Assembly (NCBI RefSeq): GCF_001194135.2
Contig: NC_069000.1
Span: forward strand, 8,962,292-9,026,291
Reading direction: 5' to 3'
Source of the DNA: Octopus bimaculoides
Taxonomy: Eukaryota
Length of the DNA stretch: 64,000 bases
A program made the translations under genes and the position numbers. This document shows, in pieces, positions 62,501 through 64,000 of this stretch. How positions within the stretch are numbered: the first letter of the stretch is position 1; each line of letters starts with the position of its first letter. The notes below the pieces were generated by a model. That model was not told the origin of the DNA. It did no database searches and saw only the letters and a list, made by a program, of their open reading frames with translations.

Positions 62501-64000
62501 TTACTTCAATAATGATAGGTTTTAGAAGAAAGTAGGGGAGTGATAGGTGATTGCAAAGGGCTTTTTGTTGAGAACTGAACAAGAGTGCTAGGGGAGAAGA
62601 AACACCTGGTCAACTCTGGTGAACGCAACCAATAGCAAAAAGGCTAAAATAAATAAAAAAAAATTTCGTATGTACCAACCTGTTCGTGACGACTGCCATC
62701 AAATGAAATGATACCATGGAACTTATTGTTCAAAATGATTTCTGTGTGTATGGTTAAAGATGTAGTTCTTTGTTTAAAGTGTTCGAAGAAAGCACAAAAG
62801 TGCAACTACAGTAGTAGAAGCAGTCCTGATCTAGTTTGTAAAAATGGATTTGGTAACTTATTGTTGTTTAGTCCTTGGTCATCCCTGAGAAAATGCACCT
62901 GTATGCTTCAAGGCAATCCATCTTTTTTTTTTTTTTTTTTCTCATCTTCCAGTCTCATCTTTAAGTTCTTAAAGATGGTATGATCTGATATGAGGAAGAT
63001 TTAGCTGGTGTTTCTAAACTAAAATAGATACTGTCACTCTCTCTCTCATTGGCTTGTAGAGTAAAGCAACATGTTATTTAAGACTTGATCAGCCCTGATC
63101 AAGTTGACCAATAATCAAATGACAATCCATCTGTGACCATCTCATCATTTTTTCTTGTTTTTNNNNNNNNNNNNNNNNNNNNNNNNNNNNNNNNNNNNNN
63201 NNNNNNNNNNNNNNNNNNNNNNNNNNNNNNNNNNNNNNNNNNNNNNNNNNNNNNNNNNNNNNNNNNNNNNNNNNNNNNNNNNNNNNNNNNNNNNNNNNNN
63301 NNNNNNNNNNNNNNNNNNNNNNNNNNNNNNNNNNNNNNNNNNNNNNNNNNNNNNNNNNNNNNNNNNNNNNNNNNNNNNNNNNNNNNNNNNNNNNNNNNNN
63401 NNNNNNNNNNNNNNNNNNNNNNNNNNNNNNNNNNNNNNNNNNNNNNNNNNNNNNNNNNNNNNNNNNNNNNNNNNNNNNNNNNNNNNNNNNNNNNNNNNNN
63501 NNNNNNNNNNNNNNNNNNNNNNNNNNNNNNNNNNNNNNNNNNNNNNNNNNNNNNNNNNNNNNNNNNNNNNNNNNNNNNNNNNNNNNNNNNNNNNNNNNNN
63601 NNNNNNNNNNNNNNNNNNNNNNNNNNNNNNNNNNNNNNNNNNNNNNNNNNNNNNNNNNNNNNNNNNNNNNNNNNNNNNNNNNNNNNNNNNNNNNNNNNNN
63701 NNNNNNNNNNNNNNNNNNNNNNNNNNNNNNNNNNNNNNNNNNNNNNNNNNNNNNNNNNNNNNNNNNNNNNNNNNNNNNNNNNNNNNNNNNNNNNNNNNNN
63801 NNNNNNNNNNNNNNNNNNNNNNTATGTAGAAAGGTGGAGGCAGGCATTGCTGTGTGGTAAGAAATTTGCTTCCCAACCACATGGTTTCATGTTCATTCCC
63901 TCTGTGTGGCACCTTGGGTAAAATGACTTATACTGTAGCCCCGGGCTGACCAAATCCTTGAGAGTGGATTTGGTTGATGGAAACTGAAGAAGGCCTCTGT

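Overview
Repeat-rich, AT-rich animal genomic DNA with assembly gaps. The tRNA-derived SINE families and microsatellite load suggest an octopus-like coleoid cephalopod (inference). I can build one protein-coding gene by hand: 13 plus-strand exons between 40022 and 53633, all with GT-AG introns and all in phase 1-1. Joined, they give 2592 nt (864 codons) encoding 7 Ig domains, 1 FN3 and 1 divergent Cys-containing FN3-like domain. That layout matches the Drosophila Echinoid/Friend-of-echinoid ectodomain and is more generally nephrin/hemicentin-like IgSF. I could not find the signal-peptide, transmembrane or cytoplasmic exons. The rest is intergenic or intronic. It contains the end of a Gypsy-like LTR element whose protease-like ORF starts just inside the LTR, an R4/Dong-type non-LTR 3' fragment, a CR1-group RT fragment, at least three tRNA-SINE families, an RTE-like (GAT)n-tailed repeat, piggyBac/hAT/Tigger-type MITEs, a 5S rRNA pseudogene fused to a SINE tail, and two long near-perfect hairpins. 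Nearly all other ORFs in the supplied track are microsatellite or N-gap artefacts. Repeat boundaries were read by eye and are approximate unless a TSD is quoted.
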